A stretch of DNA of 64,000 nucleotides from Escherichia phage ECp13, in the sequence record PP274704.1; one strand, given 5' to 3'. Of the stretch, positions 8,984-19,397 are shown in pieces (within the stretch, counting starts at the first letter, position 1; each line of letters begins with the position of its first letter). A program made the translations under genes and the position numbers. The notes beneath the pieces are model-generated. The model ran no database searches and was not told the origin of the DNA. It worked only from the letters and a program-made list of their open reading frames with translations.

Positions 8984-10662
8984 AGAATTTTAAACTAAAC
9001 CGAGTTAGGTATCAAAATATAATGTCAGTAGGTGGAAATCCTATTGACATTCAACTAGATAAGGTTCAAAAAACTCTTATTACTGGACGAAATGGCGGTG
9101 GTAAGTCTACTATGTTAGAAGCCATCACATTTGGGCTTTTTGGCAAGCCATTCCGTGATGTAAAGAAAGGCCAATTAATAAACAGCACAAATAAGAAAGA
9201 ACTTTTAGTTGAACTGTGGATGGAATATGATGAGAAAAAGTACTATATCAAAAGAGGACAAAAACCAAATGTTTTCGAAATCACCGTTAACGGTACACGT
9301 CTTAATGAATCTGCCAGCAGTAAAGATTTCCAAGCAGAATTTGAACAGCTTATCGGAATGTCATATGCCAGTTTCAAGCAGATTGTTGTCCTTGGTACAG
9401 CAGGGTATACCCCTTTCATGGGTTTGTCGACCCCTGCACGAAGAAAGCTTGTGGAAGACCTGCTCGAGGTAGGAACATTAGCTGAAATGGATAAGCTTAA
9501 TAAAGCACTAATACGTGAATTAAATTCACAAAACCAAGTGCTTGATGTTAAAAAAGATAGTATTATCCAACAAATTAAAATATATAATGATAACGTTGAA
9601 CGCCAGAAAAAATTAACTGGTGATAACCTTACTCGTCTACAGAATATGTATGATGATTTGGCAAAAGAAGCCAGAACGTTAAAATCGGAAATAGAAGAAG
9701 CTAATGAAAGATTAGTTAATATTGTTTTGGATGAAGACCCGACTGATGCATTTAATAAAATCGGTCAAGAAGCATTTTTAATTAAATCAAAAATTGACTC
9801 GTATAATAAAGTCATTAATATGTATCACGAAGGTGGATTATGTCCAACCTGTTTGTCACAATTAAGTTCCGGTGATAAAGTTGTTTCTAAAATTAAAGAT
9901 AAAGTTTCTGAATGCACGCATTCGTTTGAACAGCTTTCAACACATCGTGATAATTTAAAAGTTCTCGTTGATGAATACCGAGATAATATTAAAACCCAAC
10001 AGACGTTGGCAAATGATATTCGCAATAAAAAGCAATCTCTAATCACGACTGTAGATAAAGCTAAAAAAGTTAAAGCAGCTATAGAAAAAGCATCATCTGA
10101 GTTTATTGACCATGCTGATGAAATAGCACTGCTTCAAGAAGAACTTGATAAAATTGTTAAGACAAAAACTAATTTAGTAATGGAAAAATACCACAGAGGA
10201 ATTTTGACTGATATGCTCAAAGATTCTGGTATTAAAGGTGCTATTATTAAAAAGTACATTCCATTATTTAATAAGCAGATTAACCATTATCTTAAAATAA
10301 TGGAAGCGGATTATGTGTTTACATTAGATGAAGAATTTAATGAGACAATTAAATCCCGCGGTCGTGAAGATTTTAGTTATGCTTCATTTAGTCAAGGCGA
10401 AAAAGCACGAATTGATATTGCTCTTTTATTTACTTGGCGTGATATTGCTGAAAAAGTTTCAGGTGTTAAAATAAACACATTAATTCTTGACGAAGTTTTT
10501 GATTCAGCAACTGATGTTGAAGGTGTAAAAGCTATTTCAACTATTTTAGATAGTTTAAAAAATACTAATGTTTTTGTTATTTCGCATAGAGACCATGATC
10601 CACAAGCATACGGTCAGCATCTTCAAATGAAGAAAGTTGGTCGATTTACTGTAATGGTTTAA
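8980..10662 (+). CDS. 46: Recombination ATPase gp46 (Rad50/SbcC-like), GTG start
   Basis: 560 aa; Walker A GRNGGGKST; zinc-hook CPTC within long coiled coil. Confidence 0.9.
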   Translation: MKNFKLNRVRYQNIMSVGGNPIDIQLDKVQKTLITGRNGGGKSTMLEAITFGLFGKPFRDVKKGQLINSTNKKELLVELWMEYDEKKYYIKRGQKPNVFEITVNGTRLNESASSKDFQAEFEQLIGMSYASFKQIVVLGTAGYTPFMGLSTPARRKLVEDLLEVGTLAEMDKLNKALIRELNSQNQVLDVKKDSIIQQIKIYNDNVERQKKLTGDNLTRLQNMYDDLAKEARTLKSEIEEANERLVNIVLDEDPTDAFNKIGQEAFLIKSKIDSYNKVINMYHEGGLCPTCLSQLSSGDKVVSKIKDKVSECTHSFEQLSTHRDNLKVLVDEYRDNIKTQQTLANDIRNKKQSLITTVDKAKKVKAAIEKASSEFIDHADEIALLQEELDKIVKTKTNLVMEKYHRGILTDMLKDSGIKGAIIKKYIPLFNKQINHYLKIMEADYVFTLDEEFNETIKSRGREDFSYASFSQGEKARIDIALLFTWRDIAEKVSGVKINTLILDEVFDSATDVEGVKAISTILDSLKNTNVFVISHRDHDPQAYGQHLQMKKVGRFTVMV

Positions 10663-10669
10663 TTTATAA

Positions 10670-10700
10670 GAGATTATGCTTTAATTTATTAGAGTATAAT
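10670..10700 (+). promoter_or_regulatory. Middle promoter: MotA box TGCTTTA, 11 nt, TATAAT
   Basis: attaTGCTTTAatttattagagTATAAT. Confidence 0.5.
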
Positions 10701-10717
10701 CTCTATGGAGGAAAAAC

Positions 10718-10906
10718 ATGGAATATTCAACTGGACAGCATCTATTAACTATTCCTGAAATAAAACGATATATTCTGAGAAATAATTTTTCTAATGAAGA
10801 GCATATAGTTACTGAATCTATGCTTAAGAATGCATTTAAAGCAGAATATACGAAAATAATGTCCAACAGAAATGAAGCTTGGACTGTTACTGATTATTAT
10901 GACTAA
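10718..10906 (+). CDS. Hypothetical protein (62 aa)
   Basis: ORF with GGAGGAAAAAC SD. Confidence 0.5.
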   Translation: MEYSTGQHLLTIPEIKRYILRNNFSNEEHIVTESMLKNAFKAEYTKIMSNRNEAWTVTDYYD

Positions 10907-10915
10907 AGGTGTATT

Positions 10916-11305
10916 ATGACTAAAATTACTGTGAATTATACTGTTGATGTAAAAGATATTCAGCCAAAACACGTGCGTTCTGAATCAAATCCACAAAACC
11001 AAAATAAAATTCGTCGAGCATGGGTTTTGTCTCTTTCTGATAACGCGATGGAAGTTATTCAGAGCAAAATTAAATCTGCACCTGCTCGTCATGCGTATTA
11101 TGAAGCTATCGATCGTGAAGTAAGCAATAAATGGATTGAACTAATGCGCAAACATACGGCAGAATCTCTAAATGCTGGTGCTAAATTTATTATGACTTCA
11201 TGTGGTGAACGCCTTGAAGACGATTATTGTGGTAATGCAGATGAACGTCTAATTGTTGCTGCTCAAATTGTTGCAGAAACAATTGCTGCCGATTTTAATC
11301 GTTAA
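10916..11305 (+). CDS. rpbA: RNA polymerase-binding protein RpbA (probable)
   Basis: 129 aa ORF between 46 and 45, same length and position as T4 rpbA. Confidence 0.6.
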   Translation: MTKITVNYTVDVKDIQPKHVRSESNPQNQNKIRRAWVLSLSDNAMEVIQSKIKSAPARHAYYEAIDREVSNKWIELMRKHTAESLNAGAKFIMTSCGERLEDDYCGNADERLIVAAQIVAETIAADFNR

Positions 11306-11330
11306 TTGCTTTATTAAATTAGTTATAAAA
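11304..11330 (+). promoter_or_regulatory. Probable middle promoter upstream of gene 45 (MotA-box-like TGCTTTA plus TATAAA)
   Basis: aatTGCTTTAttaaattagtTATAAA. Confidence 0.4.
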
Positions 11331-11360
11331 TTAAATCTCATTTGAATTGAAGGAAATTAC

Positions 11361-12047
11361 ATGAAACTGTCTAAAGATACTACTGCTCTGCTTAAAAATT
11401 TCGCTACTATTAACTCTGGTATTATGCTTAAATCTGGTCAATTTATTATGACTCGCGCAGTTAATGGTACAACTTATGCGGAAGCAAATATTTCTGACAC
11501 TATTGATTTTGATGTAGCGATTTACGATTTGAACGGTTTTCTCGGTATTCTGTCTCTAGTTAATGATGATGCAGAAATTTCCCAGTCAGAAGATGGTAAT
11601 ATTAAAATTGCTGATGCCCGTTCAACAATTTTTTGGCCAGCAGCCGATCCGAGTACAGTAGTTGCTCCTAATAAACCAATTCCATTCCCGGTAGCATCTG
11701 TTGTTACCGAAATTAAAGCTGAAGACCTTCAACAGCTGTTGCGTGTATCTCGCGGTCTGCAGATTGATACAATTGCTATCACAGTAAAAGAAGGTAAAAT
11801 CGTAATTAACGGTTTTAATAAAGTAGAAGATTCTGCTTTGACTCGTGTTAAATATTCTTTGACTCTTGGTGATTATGATGGTGAAAATACATTTAATTTC
11901 ATTATCAATATGGCAAATATGAAAATGCAACCAGGAAATTATAAACTTCTGCTCTGGGCAAAAGGTAAACAGGGTGCTGCTAAATTTGAAGGTGAACACG
12001 CGAATTATGTAGTAGCTCTTGAAGCTGATTCTACCCACGACTTTTAA
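11361..12047 (+). CDS. 45: Sliding clamp gp45
   Basis: 228 aa; position and length as T4 gp45. Confidence 0.85.
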   Translation: MKLSKDTTALLKNFATINSGIMLKSGQFIMTRAVNGTTYAEANISDTIDFDVAIYDLNGFLGILSLVNDDAEISQSEDGNIKIADARSTIFWPAADPSTVVAPNKPIPFPVASVVTEIKAEDLQQLLRVSRGLQIDTIAITVKEGKIVINGFNKVEDSALTRVKYSLTLGDYDGENTFNFIINMANMKMQPGNYKLLLWAKGKQGAAKFEGEHANYVVALEADSTHDF

Positions 12048-12048
12048 T

Positions 12049-12068
12049 AAAGGGCTTCGGCCCTTAAA
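12049..12068 (+). terminator. Hairpin GGGC-UUCG-GCCC after gene 45
   Basis: aaagggcttcggccctt. Confidence 0.5.
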
Positions 12069-12096
12069 TTTACACTAAAACTTGAATGAGGAAATT

Positions 12097-13056
12097 ATGA
12101 TTACTGTAAATGAAAAAGAACACATTCTTGAACAGAAATATCGTCCATCTACTATCGATGAATGTATTCTTCCCGCCTTTGATAAAGAAACCTTTAAATC
12201 TATTACAAGTAAAGGTAAAATTCCACATATTATTCTTCATTCTCCTTCTCCAGGAACAGGTAAAACAACTGTAGCAAAAGCATTGTGTCATGATGTAAAT
12301 GCTGATATGATGTTTGTGAATGGATCAGATTGTAAAATTGATTTCGTTCGTGGTCCTTTGACTAATTTTGCTAGTGCAGCTTCATTTGATGGTCGTCAAA
12401 AAGTAATCGTTATTGATGAATTTGACCGTTCAGGGTTAGCAGAGTCTCAGCGACATCTTCGTTCCTTTATGGAAGCTTATAGTTCAAACTGTAGTATTAT
12501 TATTACTGCTAACAATATTGATGGTATTATTAAACCGCTTCAGTCACGCTGCCGAGTTATTACATTCGGTCAACCGACCGATGAAGATAAAATTGAAATG
12601 ATGAAGCAGATGATTCGTCGATTGACTGAAATCTGCAAGCATGAAGGAATTGCTATAGCTGATATGAAAGTTGTAGCAGCTTTGGTTAAAAAGAATTTTC
12701 CTGATTTTCGTAAAACTATTGGTGAGCTCGATAGTTATTCATCTAAAGGTGTTTTGGATGCTGGTATTTTATCACTGGTTACTAACGATCGTGGTGCTAT
12801 TGATGATGTTCTTGAGTCTCTCAAAAATAAAGATGTTAAACAGCTCAGAGCTTTAGCACCAAAATATGCAGCTGATTATTCGTGGTTCGTAGGTAAACTT
12901 GCCGAAGAAATCTATACACGTGTAACTCCGCAAAGTATTATTCGTATGTATGAAATTGTTGGTGAAAATAACCAGTATCATGGAATTGCGGCTAATACGG
13001 AATTACATTTAGCATATCTTTTCATTCAATTAGCATGCGAAATGCAGTGGAAGTGA
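12097..13056 (+). CDS. 44: Clamp loader large subunit gp44 (AAA+)
   Basis: 319 aa from ATG 12097 (MITVNEKEH...); Walker A GTGKTT; SRC motif QSRCRV; ORF track start 12082 is TTG. Confidence 0.9.
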   Translation: MITVNEKEHILEQKYRPSTIDECILPAFDKETFKSITSKGKIPHIILHSPSPGTGKTTVAKALCHDVNADMMFVNGSDCKIDFVRGPLTNFASAASFDGRQKVIVIDEFDRSGLAESQRHLRSFMEAYSSNCSIIITANNIDGIIKPLQSRCRVITFGQPTDEDKIEMMKQMIRRLTEICKHEGIAIADMKVVAALVKKNFPDFRKTIGELDSYSSKGVLDAGILSLVTNDRGAIDDVLESLKNKDVKQLRALAPKYAADYSWFVGKLAEEIYTRVTPQSIIRMYEIVGENNQYHGIAANTELHLAYLFIQLACEMQWK

Positions 13057-13057
13057 T

Positions 13058-13621
13058 ATGAGCTTATTTGAAGATGATATTCAATTAAACGAGCATCAAG
13101 TTGCTTGGTATTCAAAAGATTGGACAGCTGTCCAATCTGCTGCTGATTCTTTTAAGGAAAAAGCTGAAAATGAATTTTTTGAAATAATTGGAGCTATTAA
13201 TAATAAAACTAAATGCTCTATTGCTCAAAAAGATTATTCAAAATACATGGTTGAGAATGCATTATCACAATTTCCTGAATGCATGCCAGCTGTATATGCT
13301 ATGAATTTAATTGGATCAGGTTTAAGCGATGAAGCCCATTTTAATTATCTGATGGCTGCTGTTCCTCGTGGTAAAAGATATAGTAAATGGGCAAAACTGG
13401 TTGAAGATTCTACCGAAGTATTGATTATTAAGTTACTTGCTAAGCGGTATCAAGTTAATACAAATGATGCAATTAACTATAAATCAATTCTTACTAAAAA
13501 TGGAAAACTACCTTTAGTATTAAAAGAACTAAAAGGTTTAGTCACGGATGATTTTTTGAAAGAAGTGACTAAGAACGTAAAAGAACAGAAACAACTCAAA
13601 AAACTAGCATTGGAATGGTAA
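13058..13621 (+). CDS. 62: Clamp loader small subunit gp62
   Basis: 187 aa immediately after gp44. Confidence 0.85.
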   Translation: MSLFEDDIQLNEHQVAWYSKDWTAVQSAADSFKEKAENEFFEIIGAINNKTKCSIAQKDYSKYMVENALSQFPECMPAVYAMNLIGSGLSDEAHFNYLMAAVPRGKRYSKWAKLVEDSTEVLIIKLLAKRYQVNTNDAINYKSILTKNGKLPLVLKELKGLVTDDFLKEVTKNVKEQKQLKKLALEW

Positions 13622-13622
13622 A

Positions 13623-13991
13623 ATGATTGAAATTACTCTTAAAAAACCTGAAGATTTTCTGAAAGTAAAAGAAACTTTGACTCGTATGGGAATTGCTAAT
13701 AATAAAGATAAAGTTCTGTATCAGTCCTGCCACATTCTTCAGAAAAAAGGACTATACTATATCGTCCATTTTAAAGAAATGCTTCGTATGGATGGTCGCC
13801 AGGTTGAAATGACAGAAGAAGATGAAGTTCGCCGTGATTCGATTGCGTGGCTGTTAGAAGATTGGGGGCTGATTGAAATCGTTCCTGGTCAAAGAACTTT
13901 TATGAAAGATTTAACTAATAACTTCCGAGTTATTTCTTTTAAACAAAAACACGAATGGAAACTCGTTCCTAAATATACGATTGGTAATTAA
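13623..13991 (+). CDS. regA: Translational repressor RegA
   Basis: 122 aa between 62 and 43. Confidence 0.85.
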   Translation: MIEITLKKPEDFLKVKETLTRMGIANNKDKVLYQSCHILQKKGLYYIVHFKEMLRMDGRQVEMTEEDEVRRDSIAWLLEDWGLIEIVPGQRTFMKDLTNNFRVISFKQKHEWKLVPKYTIGN

Positions 13992-13993
13992 GC

Positions 13994-14016
13994 AAGGGGC
14001 TTCGGCCCCTTATTTG
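13994..14016 (+). terminator. Hairpin GGGGC-UUCG-GCCCC plus U-rich tail
   Basis: aaggggcttcggccccttattt. Confidence 0.6.
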
Positions 14017-14029
14017 GAGTATAATATAT

Positions 14030-14069
14030 CAAGAGCCTAATAACTCGGGCTATAAACTAAGGAATATCT
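14030..14069 (+). promoter_or_regulatory. Possible gene 43 translational operator (hairpin plus SD region)
   Basis: AGCC-taataactcg-GGCT hairpin 20 nt upstream of AAGGAA SD; gp43 autoregulation is known in T4. Confidence 0.4.
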
Positions 14070-16766
14070 ATGAAAGAATTTTATATCTCTATCGAAACAG
14101 TCGGAAATAACATTGTTGAGCGTTATATTGATGAAAATGGAAAGGAACGTACTCGTGAAGTAGAATATCTTCCGACTATGTTTAGGCATTGTAAGGAAGA
14201 GTCAAAATACAAAGACATTTATGGTAAAAATTGTGCTCCTCAAAAATTTCCATCAATGAAAGATGCACGAGACTGGATGAAGCGAATGGAAGACATCGGT
14301 CTCGAAGCTCTTGGTATGAACGATTTTAAACTCGCTTATATCAGTGATACATATGGTTCAGAAATTGTTTATGACCGAAAATTTGTTCGTGTAGCTAACT
14401 GTGACATTGAGGTTACTGGCGATAAATTTCCTGACCCAATGAAAGCAGAATATGAAATTGATGCTATCACTCATTACGATTCAATTGACGACCGTTTTTA
14501 CGTCTTTGATTTGTTGAATTCAATGTACGGTTCAGTATCAAAATGGGATGCAAAGTTAGCTGCTAAGCTTGACTGTGAAGGTGGTGATGAAGTTCCTCAA
14601 GAAATTCTTGACCGAGTAATTTATATGCCATTCGATAATGAGCGTGATATGCTCATGGAATATATTAATCTCTGGGAACAGAAACGACCTGCTATTTTTA
14701 CCGGTTGGAATATTGAGGGATTTGACGTTCCGTATATTATGAATCGCGTTAAAATGGTTCTCGGTGAACGCAGTATGAAACGCTTCTCTCCAATCGGTCG
14801 AGTAAAATCTAAACTAATTCAAAATATGTACGGTAGCAAAGAAATTTATTCTATTGATGGCGTATCTATTCTTGATTATTTAGATTTGTACAAGAAATTC
14901 GCATTTACTAATTTGCCATCGTTCTCTTTGGAATCAGTTGCTCAACATGAAACCAAAAAAGGTAAATTGCCGTACGATGGTCCTATTAATAAACTTCGTG
15001 AAACTAATCATCAACGATACATTAGTTATAACATCATTGACGTAGAATCAGTTCAAGCAATTGATAAAATTCGTGGGTTTATCGATCTAGTTTTAAGTAT
15101 GTCTTATTACGCTAAAATGCCTTTTTCTGGTGTAATGAGTCCTATTAAAACTTGGGATGCTATTATTTTTAACTCACTGAAAGGTGAACATAAGGTTATT
15201 CCTCAACAAGGTTCGCACGTTAAACAGAGTTTTCCAGGTGCATTTGTGTTTGAACCTAAACCGATTGCTCGTCGATACATTATGAGTTTTGACTTGACGT
15301 CTCTGTATCCTAGCATTATTCGTCAGGTTAACATTAGTCCTGAGACTATTCGCGGGCAGTTTAAAGTTCATCCAATTCATGAATATATCGCAGGAACAGC
15401 TCCTAAGCCAAGTGATGAATATTCTTGCTCTCCGAATGGATGGATGTATGATAAGCACCAAGAAGGTATCATTCCAAAGGAAATCGCTAAAGTATTTTTC
15501 CAGCGTAAAGATTGGAAAAAGAAAATGTTCGCGGAAGAAATGAATGCCGAAGCTATTAAAAAGATTATTATGAAAGGTGCAGGGTCTTGCTCAACTAAAC
15601 CAGAAGTTGAACGATATGTTAAGTTCAGTGATGATTTCTTAAACGAATTATCGAATTACACCGAATCTGTTCTTAATAGTCTGATCGAAGAATGTGAAAA
15701 AGCAGCTACACTTGCTAACACAAATCAGCTGAACCGTAAAATTCTTATTAACAGTCTTTATGGTGCTCTTGGTAATATTCATTTCCGTTACTATGATTTG
15801 CGAAATGCTACTGCTATCACAATTTTCGGTCAAGTCGGTATTCAGTGGATTGCTCGCAAAATTAATGAATATCTGAATAAAGTATGTGGAACTAATGGTG
15901 AAGATTTCATCGCAGCAGGTGATACTGATTCGGTATATGTTTGTGTAGATAAAGTTATTGAAAAAGTAGGTCTTGATCGCTTTAAAGAACAAAATGATTT
16001 AGTTGAATTCATGAATCAGTTTGGTAAGAAAAAGATGGAACCTATGATTGATGTTGCATATCGTGAGTTATGTGATTATATGAATAACCGCGAGCATCTG
16101 ATGCATATGGACCGTGAAGCTATTTCTTGCCCTCCGCTTGGTTCAAAGGGTGTTGGTGGATTTTGGAAAGCGAAAAAACGTTATGCTCTGAACGTTTATG
16201 ATATGGAAGATAAGCGATTTGCCGAACCGCATCTAAAAATCATGGGTATGGAAACTCAGCAGAGCTCAACACCAAAAGCAGTACAAGAAGCTCTCGAAGA
16301 AAGTATTCGTCGTATTCTTCAGGAAGGCGAAGAGTCTGTCCAAGAATACTACAAGAACTTTGAGAAAGAATATCGTCAACTTGACTATAAAGTTATTGCT
16401 GAAGTAAAAACTGCGAACGATATAGCGAAATATGATGATAAAGGTTGGCCAGGATTTAAATGCCCGTTCCATATTCGTGGCGTACTAACTTATCGTCGAG
16501 CTGTTAGCGGTTTAGGTGTAGCTCCAATTTTGGATGGAAATAAGGTAATGGTTCTTCCATTACGTGAAGGAAATCCATTTGGTGATAAGTGCATTGCTTG
16601 GCCATCAGGCACAGAACTTCCAAAAGAAATTCGTTCTGACGTACTGTCTTGGATTGACTACTCAACTTTGTTCCAAAAATCGTTTGTTAAACCGCTTGCG
16701 GGTATGTGTGAATCGGCAGGTATGGACTATGAGGAAAAAGCTTCGTTAGACTTCCTGTTTGGCTGA
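14070..16766 (+). CDS. 43: DNA polymerase gp43 (family B)
   Basis: 898 aa; motifs DLTSLYPS and AAGDTDSVY; 3'-5' exo domain. Confidence 0.95.
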   Translation: MKEFYISIETVGNNIVERYIDENGKERTREVEYLPTMFRHCKEESKYKDIYGKNCAPQKFPSMKDARDWMKRMEDIGLEALGMNDFKLAYISDTYGSEIVYDRKFVRVANCDIEVTGDKFPDPMKAEYEIDAITHYDSIDDRFYVFDLLNSMYGSVSKWDAKLAAKLDCEGGDEVPQEILDRVIYMPFDNERDMLMEYINLWEQKRPAIFTGWNIEGFDVPYIMNRVKMVLGERSMKRFSPIGRVKSKLIQNMYGSKEIYSIDGVSILDYLDLYKKFAFTNLPSFSLESVAQHETKKGKLPYDGPINKLRETNHQRYISYNIIDVESVQAIDKIRGFIDLVLSMSYYAKMPFSGVMSPIKTWDAIIFNSLKGEHKVIPQQGSHVKQSFPGAFVFEPKPIARRYIMSFDLTSLYPSIIRQVNISPETIRGQFKVHPIHEYIAGTAPKPSDEYSCSPNGWMYDKHQEGIIPKEIAKVFFQRKDWKKKMFAEEMNAEAIKKIIMKGAGSCSTKPEVERYVKFSDDFLNELSNYTESVLNSLIEECEKAATLANTNQLNRKILINSLYGALGNIHFRYYDLRNATAITIFGQVGIQWIARKINEYLNKVCGTNGEDFIAAGDTDSVYVCVDKVIEKVGLDRFKEQNDLVEFMNQFGKKKMEPMIDVAYRELCDYMNNREHLMHMDREAISCPPLGSKGVGGFWKAKKRYALNVYDMEDKRFAEPHLKIMGMETQQSSTPKAVQEALEESIRRILQEGEESVQEYYKNFEKEYRQLDYKVIAEVKTANDIAKYDDKGWPGFKCPFHIRGVLTYRRAVSGLGVAPILDGNKVMVLPLREGNPFGDKCIAWPSGTELPKEIRSDVLSWIDYSTLFQKSFVKPLAGMCESAGMDYEEKASLDFLFG

Positions 16767-16777
16767 TAGAAAAAATC

Positions 16778-16802
16778 TAGGGACCTCCGGGTCCCTTTTT
16801 CA
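16778..16802 (+). terminator. Intrinsic terminator GGGACC-UCCG-GGUCCC plus T5
   Basis: tagggacctccgggtcccttttt. Confidence 0.65.
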
Positions 16803-16869
16803 TACAAGTAATATAAATCTATACTTAGGAAAAATAGATGATTCTAGGTCCTGTAAATTCATTAAAAAT

Positions 16870-16915
16870 TTTTTCACAAAACTGTTTACAAGACTGTTCC
16901 TCTGTGGTACTATTA
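16870..16915 (+). promoter_or_regulatory. Early promoter (GTTTAC, 18 nt, TACTAT); near-identical copy at 43590-43632
   Basis: aaactGTTTACaagactgttcctctgtggTACTATtac. Confidence 0.55.
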
Positions 16916-16947
16916 CTCTATCAACCAATACAAATTTGGAGAATGAA

Positions 16948-17328
16948 ATGAAAATTGCTATTTTGGTTATTGCATTGGGTCTTACTGGTTGTGTAGCTCA
17001 AGGACCAGTAGTAAATCAGTCTGATGCAGGAAAAATTGTAAACTGTTCAAGCAAATTTTATAATCCTAACGTCAAGTGTTATAAAGAAGCTCCAAAACAG
17101 ACAGTAGAACAAATGCAGGCGAATTTTGACGAAGCTATTCGTCCAGATGAATCTGCTCAAGCATATCGTAATTCAGATGTAATTACACGCGAAGAAAAAA
17201 TTGAAAACTACTGCGCCGAACTTTGGGCTAATTGGGCTAATAATTACCAATGGCGAACTGGTAAAAATGCTCCAATGGAGTATGTAGTGAATTCTTATAA
17301 TTCATGTGTAAAAAATTTGACTAAGTGA
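16948..17328 (+). CDS. Putative lipoprotein (126 aa)
   Basis: Signal peptide with lipobox LTGC; ORF track N-terminal extension 16759.. runs through the promoter and is rejected. Confidence 0.6.
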   Translation: MKIAILVIALGLTGCVAQGPVVNQSDAGKIVNCSSKFYNPNVKCYKEAPKQTVEQMQANFDEAIRPDESAQAYRNSDVITREEKIENYCAELWANWANNYQWRTGKNAPMEYVVNSYNSCVKNLTK

Positions 17329-17335
17329 GGAAAAG

Positions 17336-17587
17336 ATGGAAACTTTAGTAGCAGGTTCAATTTTTATGGTTTTAGTTTCATGCGTGTTGGCTATTATTAT
17401 ATACATGCTTCCATGGTTCATCGCCTTGATGCGCGGGTCAAAATCGACAGTAGGAATCTTTTTCACATCTTTACTGTTTAACTGGTCAATTATTGGTTGG
17501 TTTATTACATTTATTTGGTCAATTGCGGGTGAAACTAAAAAATCTGTGCAGCAAAATCAAGTAATTATCATCAGAGAGAAGGAATGA
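17336..17587 (+). CDS. imm: Superinfection immunity protein Imm
   Basis: 83 aa two-helix membrane protein between 43 and 42. Confidence 0.8.
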   Translation: METLVAGSIFMVLVSCVLAIIIYMLPWFIALMRGSKSTVGIFFTSLLFNWSIIGWFITFIWSIAGETKKSVQQNQVIIIREKE

Positions 17588-17733
17588 AAAGCAAAATTTT
17601 AACAGTATTGCTTTTAATCTTGATGATTATAATAAGTATATACTATAGCGTAACGGTTCCTTGTATGATTCCAACGCTTATTATAGGGTGGAGTTTATTA
17701 CTGTTACAAGTTAAATATGAATGTATCAATTGA
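17584..17733 (+). CDS. Hypothetical hydrophobic peptide (49 aa)
   Basis: ATGA overlap with imm stop; fills gap before gene 42. Confidence 0.35.
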   Translation: MKSKILTVLLLILMIIISIYYSVTVPCMIPTLIIGWSLLLLQVKYECIN

Positions 17734-17740
17734 GGTTTAA

Positions 17741-18481
17741 ATGATTAATGACTCTTTGACAGTTGAAGAAACTCGTCTTCATTTGGGAATTGCGTTAAAG
17801 GAAAAAGATTTCGTAATTGATAAAACTGGCGTTAAAACTATTGAAATTATTGGCGCATCATTTGTAGCAGATGAACCGTTTATTTTTGGCGCTCTTAATG
17901 ATGAATACATTCAGCGTGAACTTGAATGGTATAAATCTAAAAGTTTGTTTGTTAAAGATATTCCGGGTGAAACACCGAAGATTTGGCAACAGGTAGCATC
18001 TTCTAAAGGCGAAATTAACTCGAATTATGGTTGGGCCATCTGGTCAGAAGATAACTATGCCCAGTATGATATGTGTTTAGCTGAACTTGGTCAAAATCCT
18101 GATTCTCGACGTGGTATCATGATTTATACTCGTCCATCCATGCAGTTTGACTACAATAAAGATGGTATGTCAGATTTCATGTGTACGAATACAGTACAGT
18201 ACCTGATTCGTGATAAGAAAGTCAATGCAGTAGTAAGCATGCGTTCAAATGACGTGGTCTTCGGATTCCGTAATGATTATGCATGGCAAAAATACGTACT
18301 AGATAAATTAGTATCTGATTTGAATGCAGGTGATTCAACTCGTCAGTATAAAGCAGGTTCCATTATATGGAATGTCGGGAGCCTTCATGTGTATTCCCGT
18401 CATTTTTATTTGGTTGACCATTGGTGGAAAACTGGCGAAACTCATATTGCGAAAAAAGATTATAACGGTGAGTGGAAATGA
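17741..18481 (+). CDS. 42: dCMP hydroxymethylase gp42
   Basis: 246 aa; thymidylate-synthase-like; position next to imm. Confidence 0.85.
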   Translation: MINDSLTVEETRLHLGIALKEKDFVIDKTGVKTIEIIGASFVADEPFIFGALNDEYIQRELEWYKSKSLFVKDIPGETPKIWQQVASSKGEINSNYGWAIWSEDNYAQYDMCLAELGQNPDSRRGIMIYTRPSMQFDYNKDGMSDFMCTNTVQYLIRDKKVNAVVSMRSNDVVFGFRNDYAWQKYVLDKLVSDLNAGDSTRQYKAGSIIWNVGSLHVYSRHFYLVDHWWKTGETHIAKKDYNGEWK

Positions 18482-19320
18482 TTCAATTCGTAATTCCAAG
18501 CTATCAACGCGTAGGGGCAGTTTCTGCCCTTGATATGTTTCCGACTGATTATGAACCTCATATTGTAGTACGTGAACACGAAGAAAAAGCTTATTATGAC
18601 GCTTACGGGTCTAGAGCTAAAATTATAACTATTCCTGATGATGTTAATGGAATTGCTGGTACTCGTAAAGCAATTACTGATATGTATGCAGGTCAACGAA
18701 TTTGGATGATTGATGATGATACTACTATTCGTATGAGTTCAATGCGAAAGAAAGATGATCGTCGCTGCGTAGATAAAATTAATCAGTTAACTCGTGAACA
18801 GTTCTATGAATTGATTCAATACGTTGAAGATGCCATGGATTGCGGGTATTATCACGGTCATGCTCGTCTACCTATTTTTAAAATTACTTCATCTTGGGGT
18901 AATTATCGTGAAAATTCATATGGATTCACGAATACTTGGTATGACCTCGGGAAACTTACAACAGAACAAATTGGGTATGGAAAAATTGATTTATGCGAAG
19001 ATATGTATGCATTTCTCAATTTAATTAATCAAGGTTATCCGCATTTGGCCTTGTTCAAATATCTGGTTGTGTCTGGAAAAGCACAGGCTCCTGGCGGATG
19101 TAGTTCAATTCGTAGTAATTCAAAACATAATAGAGCTCTTGAGCAAATCAATAGAGAGTTTCCAGAGCAAGCTCGTTGGAAAACATCGAATATCGAAAAG
19201 AGAAAATCGTTGGGTGAAGAAGACGAGCCATTAAAAGTTCTTCGCATGTGTGTTTCGCGCAAAGAAAAATCAGAAGCATTTCATAAGTTTAATGCTATTC
19301 ATCCAATAGCAGTTGATTAA
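18478..19320 (+). CDS. Putative DNA glycosyltransferase at the bgt locus (possibly T2/T6-type beta-glucosyl-HMC-alpha-glucosyltransferase)
   Basis: 280 aa from ATG 18478 (ATGA overlap with gene 42); DxD-like WMIDDDTTI; unlike the 351 aa T4 beta-gt as I recall it. Confidence 0.45.
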   Translation: MIQFVIPSYQRVGAVSALDMFPTDYEPHIVVREHEEKAYYDAYGSRAKIITIPDDVNGIAGTRKAITDMYAGQRIWMIDDDTTIRMSSMRKKDDRRCVDKINQLTREQFYELIQYVEDAMDCGYYHGHARLPIFKITSSWGNYRENSYGFTNTWYDLGKLTTEQIGYGKIDLCEDMYAFLNLINQGYPHLALFKYLVVSGKAQAPGGCSSIRSNSKHNRALEQINREFPEQARWKTSNIEKRKSLGEEDEPLKVLRMCVSRKEKSEAFHKFNAIHPIAVD

Positions 19321-19397
19321 TGCCTAAATTTATTGTGTTATAATTACTCTATCTTTAACCAGTGAGGAAAATATAATGTTGCCTATGGAAAAAATGA

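Noticed and set aside
11622-12038. 138-codon minus-strand ORF
   Set aside because: Antisense to gene 45 (sliding clamp); shadow ORF.
16759-16947. N-terminal extension of the ORF-track ORF 16759..17328 upstream of the lipoprotein ATG
   Set aside because: The extension runs through the gene 43 terminator and an early promoter. The real start is ATG 16948, preceded by a ribosome binding site and followed by a signal peptide.
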